Shown here: positions 63,901-64,000 of the stretch, one piece after another
Layout: the number at the start of each line of letters is the position of its first letter
How positions within the stretch are numbered: position 1 is the stretch's first letter
NCBI RefSeq assembly: GCF_001194135.2
Contig: NC_068984.1
Span: 18,734,340-18,798,339, forward strand
Length of the DNA stretch: 64,000 bases
DNA from: Octopus bimaculoides
Lineage: Eukaryota
Reading direction: 5' to 3'
Translations under genes and position numbers: made by a program
Notes under the pieces: model-generated
What the model saw: the letters and a program-made list of their open reading frames with translations, nothing else
The model's database searches: none
What the model was told of the DNA's origin: nothing

Positions 63901-64000
63901 TCCAGCTGTAGAAACTCTGCCAAATTAGATTGGAGCCTGGTGTAACCATCCGGTTGCACCAGTCCTCAGTCAAATCGTCCAACCCATGCTAGCATGGAAA

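Overview
AT-rich, repeat-dense animal genomic DNA from a draft assembly with 12 N-gaps, most likely a coleoid cephalopod (Octopus-like). That assignment is an inference from the tRNA-derived SINE families, RTE tails ending in (GAT)n, and AT/AC/ATC/AAT microsatellites. The only gene I can support well is a minus-strand sortilin-like (Vps10p-domain) receptor. I assembled its first 8 coding exons by hand: 30945-30694, 22602-22546, 17057-16996, 13909-13807, 13643-13494, 11869-11799, 9381-9311, 6401-6271. All junctions are GT-AG, and the 897 nt form one open frame of 299 codons with a signal peptide, a furin-site propeptide and Asp-box/BNR motifs. The 3' exons were not found and probably lie beyond position 1 or in a gap. 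The rest is intronic/intergenic DNA filled with SINEs, RTE, R4/Dong-like and CR1-group LINE fragments, a DD37D mariner-like relic, MITEs and a Helitron-like element. Nearly all ORF-track entries are spurious products of repeats, microsatellites or gaps. Main oddities: a decayed duplicate of exon 7 and its donor just behind exon 8, three long fold-back palindromes, a Helitron carrying TTAGGG repeats, a CpG-rich LTR/promoter-like island in intron 3, and weak unassigned exon candidates at 51.7-56 kb. I found no convincing novel multi-gene system.
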